A stretch of 64,000 nucleotides of DNA, taken from Ostrea edulis. Its lineage: Eukaryota. The stretch lies in contig NC_079171.1 of assembly GCF_947568905.1 (NCBI RefSeq), positions 8,432,001-8,496,000 of the forward strand. Direction: 5' to 3'. Positions within the stretch are counted from its first letter, which is position 1. The number at the start of each line of letters is the position of its first letter. Position numbers and translations under genes: made by a program. Under the pieces are notes generated by a model that saw only the letters and a list, made by a program, of their open reading frames with translations, was not told the origin of the DNA and made no database searches. This document shows, one piece after another, positions 11,501-22,200 of this stretch.

Positions 11501-14007
11501 ATCGCATTCATGAGGAAATGGTTATCATTAAAATTGGTAAATATTGAGCGCAAACATTAGAAATGTAAATATATATATATATAGCTAATATAAGGATCAG
11601 CAAACACAATGTTTTGCATGTAGGATACATGTCAATTTTGACAATATTTGATAAGATTCTGTGAGTGCGATAACGTTAATCTAAGAATTTAAGTTATCCC
11701 CCCACCCTCCCCCCGGCTCCTTCTGAGTTTAATGCCAGGGAAATCTGTCAGAATTCTTAGAATCCAACATGTTAACTCGATTTTCTCACCACGCTGATGG
11801 TGATGGTGTCGTTGAATTCGTCCAGAAGGGGCTGGATGATCTGCCTGGCGAGCCGCGCTGTCTCCGCCTCGTGAAAGGCTCGCTTTCGCTGCTCCTCATC
11901 CATCTCTCTGTAACAGGAAATAACAAAATGTCTGAAGTGTGTGCGCAGGGGAAATAACAAAATGTCTGTTGTAACAATCTGAAGCGTGCGCGGGGGAAAT
12001 AACAAAATGTCTGACTGTCCTATCAATCTGAAGTGTGCGCCGGGAAAATGACAAAAAGTCTGACTGTCATAACAAATCTAAAGTGTGCACGGGGGAAATA
12101 ACAAAATGTCTGACTGTTATAACAATCTGAAGCGTGTGCAGGAGAAATAACAAAATGTCTGACTGTCCTAATAAATGTAAACCGTGCGCGGGGCAAATAA
12201 TAAAATGTCTGGCTGTTGTAACAATCTGAAGCATGTGCGGGGGGAAATAACAAAATGTCTGGCTGTTGTAACAATCTGAAGCATGTGCGGGGGAAATAAC
12301 ATAATGTCTGACTGTTGTAACAATCTGAAGCGTGCACGGGGGAAATAACAAAATGTCTGACTGTTGTAACAATCTGAAGCGTGCACGGGGGAAATAACAA
12401 AATGTCTGGCTGTTGTATCAATCTGAAGCGTGCACGGGGGAAATAACAAAATGTCTGACTGTTGTAACAATCTGAAGCGTGCACGGGGGAAATAACAAAA
12501 TGTCTGACTGTCATAACAATCTGAAGCATGTGCGGGGGAAATAACAAAATGTCTGACTGTCATAACAAATATAAACCATGCGCGGGGCAAATAACAAAAT
12601 GTCTGGCTGTTGTAACAATCTGAAGTGTGTGCGGGGGAAATAACAAAATGTCTGACTGTCATAATAATCTGAAGTGTGCGCGGGGGAAATAACAAAATGT
12701 CTGACTGTTGTAACAATCTGAAGCGTGCAAGGGGGAAATAACAAAATGTCTGACTGTTGTAACAATCTGAAGCGTGCAAGGGGGAAATAACAAAATGTCT
12801 GACTGTCATAACAATCTGAAGCATGTGCGGGGGAAATAACAAAATGTCTTACTGTCGTAACAATCTGAAGCATGTACGGGGAAAATAACAAAATGTCTGT
12901 CGTAACAATCTGAAACATGTGCGGGGGAAATAACAAAATGTCTGACTGTCCTAACAAATGTAAAGCGTGCACGGGGGAAATAACAAAATCTTTGTTGTAT
13001 CAATCTGAAGTGTGCACGGGGGAAATAACAAAATGTCTGGCTGTTGTAACAATCTGAAGCATGCGCGGGGGAAATAACAAAATGTCTGACTGTCATAACA
13101 ATATGAAGCAATGTGCGGGGGAAATAACAAAATTTCTATCGTAACAATCTGAAGCATACACGGGGAAAACCTAATGGGGGGTGAGACGTCGTACTATAAG
13201 ATTTTCCTTTACCTGTCTACGGCGTGGGCGGTGAGACGTCGGGTGGCCCTCTCCAGATTTCCGGTCTGTGATGAAGCCTCCCAGTGTTTTCCCTGGTAAC
13301 CCAGTCCTTTGTAGTTCACCACAGCATGACGACAATCATTCAACTGTGTTAAAATCATCAGCGTGACGACAATCATTCAACTGTGTTAAAATCATCACAG
13401 TGTGACGACAATCATTCAACTGAGTTGGAAAATCATCAGCGTGACGACAATCATTCAACTGAGTTAAAATCATCACAGTGTGACGACAATCATTCAACTG
13501 AGTTGGAAAATCACAGTGTGACGACAATCATTCAACTGAGTTGGAAAATCATCAGCGTGACGACAATCATTCAACTGAGTTAAAATCATCACAGCGTGAC
13601 TGAAATCATTCTACTGTGTTAAAGTCACAACAACATGTGACAATCATTCAACTGTGTTAAAATTACAACACTGTGACGACAATCATTCTACTGTGTTAAA
13701 ATCATAACAGCATATGTGACAATCATTTATTATTCTATGATTATAGTAAGTTGACCGATAGCAATCAACCTGACATTTCATATAATAATTATACATATAG
13801 TTGATAAATCCCGACCAGTGATAACCATGTGATATGTTTGGTAAATCTGACCTGATAATGACCGGGTTGGGCCTTTATCCCGCCCTGACGTCGGAGGAGT
13901 GCTTTCCCCTGAGTCAGGCCGGACTTGAGATCCTGTTTCAGATAACGCTGGATCACGACTTCATCAACACTGTCTGAATCCGACTCATTACTGCTAGACG
14001 TCTCCAT
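411..14007 (-). CDS. Uncharacterised coiled-coil protein, 11 coding exons, ~418 aa
   Basis: complement(join 411-426, 2571-2695, 4238-4403, 7028-7110, 7499-7627, 9015-9125, 9685-9786, 10942-11112, 11790-11907, 13213-13292, 13852-14007). All junctions are GT-AG and phase compatible; the 1257 nt sum is one open frame from METSSSNESD... to ...RWEDE*. E/K/R/Q-rich helical sequence. No family recognised; the start codon is inferred. Confidence 0.8.
705..2500. repeat. ~48 bp minisatellite, ~37 units
   Basis: Unit ctcacagtttacacaatgatatgtacacatgataagttttatgaggtt; runs up to a duplicated donor at 2500-2575. Confidence 0.95.
2571..2695 (-). CDS. Coiled-coil gene exon (VNITSKKKADNVDKDDEENLTERDRKLRMIRTKNRKETKVV)
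   Basis: cttacgtag acceptor, AG|gtaacg donor, open frame, phase 0 to 2. Confidence 0.75.
2893..3323. mobile_element. hAT-like MITE, 8 bp imperfect TSD
   Basis: TIR agggcgtagct/agctacgctcct; flanks tatattca/aatattca. Confidence 0.6.
3425..3560. repeat. 17 bp tandem repeat
   Basis: (agattaattttcgttac)n, about 7 units. Confidence 0.85.
3630..4200. repeat. ~50 bp minisatellite next to a splice donor
   Basis: Unit aattggcaaagtgaatttataactgcatgaaaatagaatgtttcgtgact. Confidence 0.9.
4238..4403 (-). CDS. Coiled-coil gene exon (ARIKWTNKVFSEEKSRR...QKFKGKW)
   Basis: tttactcag acceptor, TGG|gtaag donor, phase 2 to 0. Confidence 0.8.
4366..4557. repeat. 97 bp tandem duplication containing a splice acceptor and 38 nt of exon
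   Basis: cctcagagaaaacc...gggctcac begins at 4366 and again at 4463. Confidence 0.9.
4805..5592 (+). mobile_element. Non-autonomous Helitron/Helentron-like element with Cg170-like central repeats
   Basis: aacaagagg 5' end, ~166 bp internal repeats, (caga)n tract, ...tcaggtgagct 3' end; family assignment from recollection of oyster repeats. Confidence 0.7.
5955..6240. repeat. ~54 bp degenerate tandem repeat
   Basis: ttgatacattgcctaactttggtataaacc repeated. Confidence 0.85.
7028..7110 (-). CDS. Coiled-coil gene exon (SKMRTEEESLRQYNEDLKFSVQEDIVR)
   Basis: tctctgtag acceptor, AT|gtaag donor; AT+G forms Met with the next exon. Confidence 0.8.
7103..7405. repeat. ~37-41 bp minisatellite containing a splice acceptor
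   Basis: atcttactctacagagatc(ac)nagaattaatc, about 7 units, each with tgtag|AGTAAGAT on the minus strand. Confidence 0.92.
7499..7627 (-). CDS. Coiled-coil gene exon (AEQARKEKIEMQK...TYNELE)
   Basis: gtcattttag acceptor, GAG|gtaaag donor, 129 nt, phase 0-0. Confidence 0.8.
7621..7957. repeat. 37 bp minisatellite containing a splice acceptor
   Basis: gctcagcctaaaatgacaacagcttcattagaccaca, about 9 units. Confidence 0.92.
8505..9070. repeat. 66 bp minisatellite containing the exon 3' end and donor
   Basis: 8 full units plus a partial; open frame on the minus strand (ORF 8490-9086). Confidence 0.95.
9015..9125 (-). CDS. Coiled-coil gene exon (DDEKETDVEY...RDMLREQ)
   Basis: ctgtag acceptor, CAG|gtaaat donor, 111 nt; the donor is ambiguous because it is tandemly repeated. 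Confidence 0.75.
9216..9456 (+). mobile_element. SINE, related family
   Basis: Shares the ccctgtgtcacag..gtgtggca..taaaga core and caatcaat tail with 52211-52543. Confidence 0.7.
9685..9786 (-). CDS. Coiled-coil gene exon (KTASIDSLVDSM...EEASERLK)
   Basis: cttttcaaag acceptor, AAG|gtcagt donor, 102 nt, phase 0-0. Confidence 0.75.
10809..10962. repeat. 66 bp tandem duplication containing a splice donor
   Basis: gactcactgcggtgtcatctttcatg occurs at ~10869 and ~10935. Confidence 0.9.
10942..11112 (-). CDS. Coiled-coil gene exon (REMAAEKRVQTHQQ...MKDDTA)
   Basis: tttctacag acceptor, GCA|gtgagt donor; overlaps ORF 10900-11133. Confidence 0.8.
11790..11907 (-). CDS. Coiled-coil gene exon (EMDEEQRKRAFHE...DTITISV)
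   Basis: ctgttacag acceptor, GTG|gtgaga donor; GC-rich island; ORF 11772-12026. Confidence 0.8.
11917..13170. repeat. ~60 bp minisatellite filling an intron
   Basis: ggaaataacaaaatgtctgactgttgtaacaatctgaagcgtgcacgggg-type units, about 21. Confidence 0.95.
13213..13292 (-). CDS. Coiled-coil gene exon (GKHWEASSQTGNLERATRRLTAHAVD)
   Basis: ttaccag acceptor (weak pyrimidine tract), AG|gtaaag donor, phase 0 to 2. Confidence 0.65.
13323..13720. repeat. ~39 bp minisatellite next to a splice acceptor
   Basis: gacgacaatcattcaactgagttaaaatcatcacagtgt-type units. Confidence 0.9.
13852..14007 (-). CDS. Coiled-coil gene, probable first coding exon (METSSSNESDSDSVDEVV...PGHYQ)
   Basis: tttactag|GT ATG acceptor at 14009, CAG|gtcaga donor; ORF 13789-14028. 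Confidence 0.7.
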
Positions 14008-14845
14008 ACCTAGTAAACAAAATAACAATCCGACTCATTACTGCTAGACGTCTCCATACCTAGTAAACAAAATAACAATCCGACTCATTACTGCTCGAGT
14101 TCTCCATACCTAGTAAACAAAAGAACAATCTGTCTCATTACTGCTCGAGTTCTCCATACCTAGTAAACAAAATAACAATCCGACTCATTACAGCTCGACA
14201 TCTCCATACCTAGTAAACAAAATAACAATCCGACTCATTACTGCTCGAGTTCTCCATACCTATTAAACAAAATAACAATCCCGACTCATTACTGCTCGAG
14301 TTCTCCATACCTAGTAAACAAAAGAACAATCTGTCTCATTACTGCTCGAGTTCTCCATACCTAGTAAACAAAATAACAATCCGACTCATTACTGCTAGAC
14401 GTCTCCATACCTAGTAAACAAAATAACAATCCGACTCATTACTGCTAGACGTCTCCATACCTAGTAAACACAATAACAATCCGACTCATTACTGCTCGAG
14501 TTCTCCATACCTAGTAAACAAAATAACAAATTGAATCTGTCTCATTACAGCTCGACGTTTCCATACCTAGTAAACAAAATAACAAATTGAATCTGTCTCA
14601 TTACAGCTCGACGTTTCCATACCTAGTAAACAAAATAACAATCCGACTCATTACTGCTAGACGTCTCCATACCTAGTAAACAAAATAACAATCTGACTCA
14701 TTACTGCTAGAGGTATCTATACCTAGTAAACAAAATAACAATCTGAATCATTACTGCTCGAGTTCTCCATACCTAGTAAACAAAATAACAAATTGAATCT
14801 GTCTCATTACAGCTCGACGTTTCCGTACCTAGTACACAAAATTAA
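13977..14845. repeat. 50 bp minisatellite containing acceptor and putative start codon
   Basis: aatccgactcattactgctagacgtctccatacctagtaaacaaaataac, about 16-17 units. Confidence 0.95.
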
Positions 14846-15098
14846 CAATGATAGCAAGAAAATGTACAAAGCTTTAAATCATATGACTGTTCCTTTTTGT
14901 TGCGCAGGTACTGGACTTTTTTCTGGGGGGTGGGGTGGGGTGCGGGGGGTTAGAGTTTTTTATTCTTTTATGAGGAGGGGTTATATCTGTAGTAGTATTT
15001 GGTTTAAATCTAAACCGTACATCACTCAGTTAAAACAATCTTACTTTCTGATCATTTCATCAGATGTCTATTAAATTATTGAGTTTAATCTGCAGTTA

Positions 15099-15510
15099 CA
15101 GTGATTTTTTAAAGGCCCATTTTGGTTCCGAATTTCTGTCCTTTCCCCTCCTAAAAATTGCCATTCCCCCCCCCCCCCCCCCCCCCCAATTTAGCTTGCA
15201 TTTTTCCCTATAATAAAATTATGAAAGGAAAATGTATTTGAAAAAAATAAACATTCGATGTGAATTATATACATAAGACTTAATTAACAAAGAGTTATGG
15301 GAATGATGATTTGGATAGAATCATAGAACTTTGAAAATTTTAGAAGGTAAAAGAAAATTAGATGTGTGAAATAAAGATAATATACTGTTTGATATGATTT
15401 TGAAACTTATTTACGATAAAATTGATTTTTCCCAATTTGAATGAAATGTCGACAATTTTTCCCAATTCGAAAGCCACAGGACCCTTGTAAAAAATGTAGA
15501 AAAATCATTG
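15099..15510. mobile_element. MITE with CAGTG-type TIRs and 5 bp TSD
   Basis: cagtgattttt/aaaaatcattg; TSD agtta. Confidence 0.65.
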
Positions 15511-15764
15511 AGTTAAAACAATCTTACTTTCTGGTCATTTCATCCGCCTATTATAAAGTATAATTGTAAATATTTTTAATGTGATGAACTACTAGTAGCT
15601 CATACATGTAAGAGTGATATCCCTTAGTTATCTGTTTCATCCTGACCACACTTTATTTCTTAAAACATAGGCACATGCAATTACATGTACTCACACCACG
15701 TAAACTGTGCGTGGAATATTACCTGTAAAAAAAATAGGATTATTGCTACCAAAAGTTGGCTTAA

Positions 15765-16319
15765 GGTCGATCGATCCTCATGTGATGTCATAGGTTTTTG
15801 TAAAACCTTTATTTAATTAAATTTTGCACATGATAGAAATATATCTCTCAGAGGAATTTTGTTCACTGAATAAAATTAAAAAAACTGGTAAACTTTTGAT
15901 ACTGAAAAAGTTTTTTATTTTCCATAGATAATCAATTATTTATAATTTTAAAAATGTTCTCAAGGGCAATAACTCCTATGATGGAATTTCCTCTACTGCA
16001 TGTCTATGACACAATGATTTCCCTAATATCCACAATTAATTTTGATATATCTATGAATTAGCAGTTTACTTAACTGTTGAAATTTAGAATAAGTAATTTC
16101 AACAAGTTTTAATAAATTTCATTGATCTATATAACGAAAAATGATTTTTTATGTTGATATATACTTCTGTTTTTTTGTATGTCTGACATCTTTAAAAAGG
16201 TGGCAACATACACATTTTCTTTGGCTATTGATTAAATTAAACTATATTGAGTGGAAATTAATACAGTTTTCCCACCTTCAACCATTAATATTGATAAGTC
16301 ACATGAGGATCGATCAACC
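15765..16319. mobile_element. Kolobok-like MITE (TTAA target)
   Basis: TIR ggtcgatcgatcctcatgtga/tcacatgaggatcgatcaacc; flanks ttaa/ataa. Confidence 0.7.
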
Positions 16320-16448
16320 ATAAATCATCATATATCTGTTTATAATATAATTCATTAATCAAATTATATATTCCTTGTGATTTTCTACTTTTCAAACCGT
16401 TTATGAAATCTACAACCTCTTCTGTAAGTTATAAATAGTAAGTACTAC

Positions 16449-17219
16449 CAGGGTTTGACACTAAGGCACGTCCGACCGACCAAGTCTACTAAATGATAGG
16501 TCTGGTAGGGTAAAATGTCGATTTACTAGTCCCACTGGTCGTGTTAAAAAATAAACAAGAAACTTTATTTTAAACTGTAAGATATTTTATTCTTAACTAA
16601 AAAGAAAATAACTGTAGAGAATTTGCAAGCAATCTTGAACCGTGTGATGGAATAATATAATAATATAAGTCGCGGTCGGAAGTGATGTTTTACGACATCT
16701 ACTCGATGTTGATTTTAAACAGTTTATTTGAATTGACAATAATAAAGTGTTTATCAAGTTAATAAATTACGTCGTAAACGGCTATTTATCGATGTTGACA
16801 TATGTGCGGGAATGTCTATATTTAAATACGACTTCTCGTCCTCAAGGAAAGACGTCCCAGGAGAGAGAAAAAAGGTTAAGAAGAAACAAAGCAGGGCTTA
16901 TAAAATGTAAATGAAATAAAAAGCCGGTTGTGATCATTTTATACTAAACAGATTAAAGAATATCCATGCTGGGTAGAATTTAAAGAAACAGAAAACGTGT
17001 TTGAAAGTCAAATTGAATGACGAGACTTAAGATATTTTTGAAACAATTAAATACGTTTTGGTTCAAACTTAACGTTGAAGTATCTAAATATGGAGGAACT
17101 ATCAGGGGGTTTTTTCTGGAAAGTTGGTCAGGACTAGTGGATATAAAGTCAGGTCTAGTAAAAAGCATTTGAAGTAGCCCGACTGGTCTAGTGCTCAAAA
17201 AAGTAAATGTCAAACCTTG
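16449..17219. mobile_element. MITE with CAGGG-type TIRs and 5 bp TSD
   Basis: cagggtttgaca/tgtcaaaccttg; TSD actac. Confidence 0.75.
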
Positions 17220-17331
17220 ACTACACATGAAATCTACTTCATTAAATACAGCATCCTCTTTCCATGAGGAATGGAGAGGAGTGGAGGGAACAGCCTTGGC
17301 TAGTGAAGATGCAAATACAGTACTCCTATCA

Positions 17332-17694
17332 CAGTCTATGCGAAAGACATCGGACCGTCGGACCTGACCGATGTGCAGTGCCTCAGGTCCGATGAGTCAT
17401 TTTTTATACCGGACCGGAATGTCCGATGTCTCAGTGTCCGGTTATATCACACAAATCCTAATACGTAAATGAATGTGATTAAACCGCATGGACCGTCTAA
17501 AGTATTATGCGGGAGGGATCCCTGGTATACTATTACTAATATAATAAATAAGATTTCCTTGGTTTTACATTTTCATGTGTTTCACTTTTTTACATTCGGT
17601 TTTTCGGTCTGACAAAATTTGGTTCGGTCCGGTGTGTTCATTGATTACACAGGACCGAATGTCCTGTGTAGTCCAAAAAACTTTCGCATAGACT
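17332..17694. mobile_element. MITE with 6-7 bp TSD
   Basis: agtctatgcgaaag/ctttcgcatagact; flanks (c)ctatca on both sides. Confidence 0.75.
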
Positions 17695-17829
17695 CCTATC
17701 ATATCTGATTGAATTGAAAAAATGAATCTGTATTTGTTCAAATATTACAGATTCCTAGATTTCTTAATACACATATATATGTTCTAGTCTAAGATTACAA
17801 TTGATATTTGGCTTGTGATTTGTATAAAT

Positions 17830-18565
17830 CAGAGTTCTTGAAAAGTGTCGGTAATGTCGGATTATCCGATAAAAGTAGTAAATGTCCGACATAAATTACT
17901 TAATTGTCGGTCCTGATGGCCGATAAAAGATCGGGATCGAAGTCCGTTTTTTACCGGGAAAAATGGCGGCCATGTGGCCCATAAATTTTCAAACCGATGC
18001 TAAATCCTGCAAGACATTGAAACGTAAACGTGAAGAATTTGTTGTGAGAACTACGAGGAGAAAAGAAACCGGGAAACTGGGAGACAATGACTTTTGTTTG
18101 ATGCGGTTTTACCTATTACTAGGTGACACCATCTGCTCAAAGTCGCGAGACCAACTACACCCGGGTCAAAGTGAGAGAGAGTAATTTAAACGATTGCAGA
18201 GGAAGATGAGAAAGAAGTTGAGAGGAATAGACAGGATAGAGAGAAAAGTGGAGGATGAAAGAGAAGTGGAGGATGGGACAGAAGTGGTGGATGAGAGAGA
18301 AATGCAAAAAAGTGACTCGGTGAATTGAAGAAGATTCAGAGTGTGAGGAAGATGCGAAAGGGTATGAAAGGAAAATTTATGAACGTATAGCTGAGATGGA
18401 GATTGAATACAATAACACATGTAGTTGATTATAAATAAAATTTATAAAAACCTCAAAAAGTAATGCATTTTTTTCTGGACTGACAAAATTTTGTTTGGGC
18501 TGACACTATTTCTAACAGTATCGGACCAAATGTCTGACACTTCAAAAGAAATTTCAAGAACTCTG
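17830..18565. mobile_element. MITE with CAGAG TIRs and apparent 6 bp TSD
   Basis: cagagttcttgaaa/tttcaagaactctg; flanks ataaat; purine-rich interior. Confidence 0.75.
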
Positions 18566-18865
18566 ATAAATAACTTTCAAATAAATAATTATTTTACAAT
18601 CTTTACTGTATGCAGATAAAAGAAAACAACTGATCAATCTATATTTTAGTTTCTCCAAAAACAATTATTATACTGCATTGGAAAAACTGTTCTCCCTGTA
18701 CACCGACCCAAGTGCTATATATAGTCCCCTTCTTATAGATTGCTGTATCCATTCATCCCTCTATATTCATAAGTTGGGTATTTGTCATCAAACAGTATTT
18801 CAACTCACTTGACCACATGGTTAGCCCAATAACAAATTATAACGAAAAAAATCGATGATAGCAAA

Positions 18866-19208
18866 ACTCACCTGGACAAGGTCTTTTCTGTTTGTTTACA
18901 AAATTTCCCGCGAGCAACGATTGTGACGTCATAGTAAACTCTCGGAGACTCAGTGTCACCGTGAAAGAAAAAAATGAAAAGAAAGTCTTCTGGAATTAAT
19001 GCTTTAACAAACTCAGATGCGCTTTAAGAAATAAAACAAATTGGCGACTGGTATATGTTATGCATGATTTATCATCTTTATATACTTTGGATTGAGACTA
19101 CATGATATGTGGTCACTTGAACGCTTTTATAGACGTATGTGTATACTGAATGTAAAGAGATAGAGAGACACTGACGCACAATAACAGATTGTCGGTGAAT
19201 TTGACAGC
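18866..19208. promoter_or_regulatory. Probable bidirectional promoter/5' region between the coiled-coil gene and SRP19
   Basis: Minus-strand CAG|gtgagt donor at 18872/18871 (candidate non-coding first exon); TTTCCCGC E2F-like site at 18904; TGACGTCA CRE palindrome at 18924-18931; SRP19 ATG at 19209. Confidence 0.5.
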
Positions 19209-19276
19209 ATGGCACAACAACAGCCCCAGCAAGCTCGTCCTTGGAACCCTGATTTCAAACACACGGACAGAGAAAG
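19209..19276 (+). CDS. SRP19: SRP19 coding exon 1 (MAQQQPQQARPWNPDFKHTDRE)
   Basis: ATG at 19209; AG|gtatgg donor, phase 2, matches exon 2. Confidence 0.85.
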
Positions 19277-22200
19277 GTATGGTTTATTCTCAAGGTAACC
19301 CTTAACTATTCTGTGCATGCGGAAATACTATGAAAAGAATGTATCAAAGGGCGTTTTCTGTTTGTGAAACACACTGGGACAAACAGCTGTTTGTTTACAC
19401 ACTCGGAAACTGTTTTTTAGAATTTAAAATTGTTGTTTATAGATTTTTTTTTTTTTTTGTGAATTCTGATAACAAAAACCAAAACACAAGTCTCATTTTA
19501 ATATCGCATCTTTTTTTTTTTTTTTGTGCAACTTAAAAACATTTTTATTCAGTTTTTGCTAGTTTAATTATATTTTCTTTCTAAGCATTCGTGTTACCAG
19601 AGACCTATATAATATAGGTCCCTGGTGTTACCTAAAAGGAGAGCTCTGCCCGAAAGGCCGTGAGATGAGCAGTGTTTGAAAATTGGTCATTGGCATGTCT
19701 CAAGTCGGTGGTAGACAAATAGCACTGCCCGATGCCTGGATCAATGATGTTTTAGAGTCGGGCAGGTAATATTACAAGTAGAACTTTCCGTGGACAAGTG
19801 AATTTTTAAAGTAAAATAAAAATGTAAGATAATGATAGTAAATAGTAAATATATAATAAATTCACTGACAGCTTTGATCGTGGATAAACTAAAAATATGT
19901 CAGCATTCATCCAATGATTAAATAAAAATACATACACCCCTGACACTCAAACACTTTTAATTGTGTACAGGAAAGTTAAATCGATTGCAAAGTGCTGCAT
20001 CTAATTGGACGCAGTGTCAATGTGCAATGTGTTGAAGAATTAAAACATGGACAAGTTTGTGACATTTAGTCAGGGAAAAGATCTGTAATAATAACGTTAT
20101 GTATTTACTAGTATCTACAAAGCACGCAATGAAGAGAACCTGCGGATATCTTAAATCCTGGGAGGAAACATCGTCATGGCTTTATTACGATGAGCAAACA
20201 GAAATAGACATGAACATGATGAATGCACTGATTGGATAAAATACAAGATAAACAATTTCAAATATTTTATTTATATGTCTTAATTTACAGTGGAGCAAGT
20301 GAAATTTGGCATTTCCTACCTGTCCCCATCTATTTGTCTGCCATTGATAATCATATTTAGTGAAATACGATAAATAAGAAATAGAACATTTTCTAACTTT
20401 TATATCTTATTCATGAAATTACTCTGGTGCTGAACGCCTCGTAACATCCATATATTAAAGACTTGGCTTTCATATGAAACTAGAAAAGTGTCCACTGAGA
20501 CTTGAGGGGATGGTAGAGCATGTGATGTTACAGTTTTGAGAATTTAGGGCTGAGACGTTACGATACGCCTCCTTCACGATACGATACATATTGCAGTACT
20601 TATGCCACGAATCAATGCTTTCAATACAATACAATTTACAGAAGAAACCAATAATTACATTGAAGAAAAATTTAATCACCAAGATTCACATTCATAATTT
20701 TAAAAGCAAATGGTTTCCAAATTGCCAAATGGTAAGATACATGTTGGCTGTGTAGTTTAAACTGATAAAGTTCATTATTATTTTCATAAGACTCAAGGCA
20801 AACAACAGTCTGAACGTTATTTGAAGCTATTTTTCCCTCATGCAGGTAAATATAATCATTACAAGCAGAACCTTTATTTTACTGTTGTAATAAGTGTATC
20901 CAACCTAAAATCAAGGCAATGAATCGAACATTTATATTGGAACAGTATCTACATTTCAGTGAATCGTTTCAGAGATTTCTTGTTTAGATGTTGTGATACA
21001 CAATGACATGCATATGGATGATCAAAATGTATTTTACATCTTGCAACACATTTTAGGTATTTTATCTGCTTAATCATTTAAATAAAAATTAAATGCGAGA
21101 AATGTAATGCAGTCGACAGTAACAGTGCAATAAAACACACAAACAAAGGTATATTGTGTGAGAAATCTTGTCTCATTTTTCTGCCTATCAAAAAAAAATT
21201 CTCATACTTTCCAAACAATTCATCTATCTTATCTACCGGTGAAGCACCACAGTGAAATATTTTTATTCATAAAAACTCATGAGCTGTACGTTCCGTGCAT
21301 TTAGTTGAAGTACCGTCTTCTAAACACTTTTTTTTTTTTGCTAAAGACTGTTACAATGATTATAATAAGTATACAATTCCTTTTGATCAGATTGAATATA
21401 TATAAATTACAAATACCACATCAGAGTCATGTATTTTTTGGCAGTCATATTTTAGAATTTGAATAACTATTCAAGCAACCAATGAATCTATTTATTACTT
21501 GAATTACTACACAGTGTTGTTGCATTGCTCTGGTTTAGTACTGCAGAACTAAATTAATTAAGACTTGTGCTTCATGAAGTATGCTAGTGTGTTGTCATTC
21601 ATACCCCCATGTATCTTCAGAAATGAGATTCATTTCTTAAATAGCTCAACATTTGAATTTCCCAGGGATTTTTTTTTCACTGACCCAGTCTCTTCTTGAT
21701 TTTCCACCAGTTAACATGGGTTCCTTCCTTGAAGATCTTTCTTAATTAAGTTTTGAAATATAAAGATTTAGGCTTCTTGATTTTATTATCTTTAGGATAA
21801 GAGTATTGTAGTTAAACTTCTGCGACTTTTTTGTCACATATTTGACAGATTTATAGAATATTGATTCCAAGCTTAAACCTTTAGACATAGGTAAATATTG
21901 GTAAATCCTAAAGTATCTAAAGGTATGAGTTCTTAACAAACCCCAAACAAAAAACTTTTATTTTGCGGGGAAAAAAATGTCCATCGTCCGGCGGAAATTT
22001 TTAGGTGTCATTTTGACAAAAAAATGACTGCTTTTCAGTATTGGGAACGGGGCTAAATTTTAACCCTCTTACAGACCCTAAACAATCCCTGGGATTACCT
22101 CTACACACACATATTCTCACTGTGACTCACAAAAACTTCCTTGTTATAAAGTAGTCCTTTATGTGGTGTCTTGTTATAAAGTAGTCCTTTACGCGGTATC

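Noticed and set aside
11772-13157. Overlapping 60-220 aa ORFs on the minus strand
   Set aside because: Products of the ~60 bp array; only 11790-11907 has splice sites and fits the gene model.
705-14845. CRISPR arrays or a prokaryotic/viral origin
   Set aside because: Repeats have no unique spacers, there are no cas genes, and the flanking genes have spliceosomal introns.
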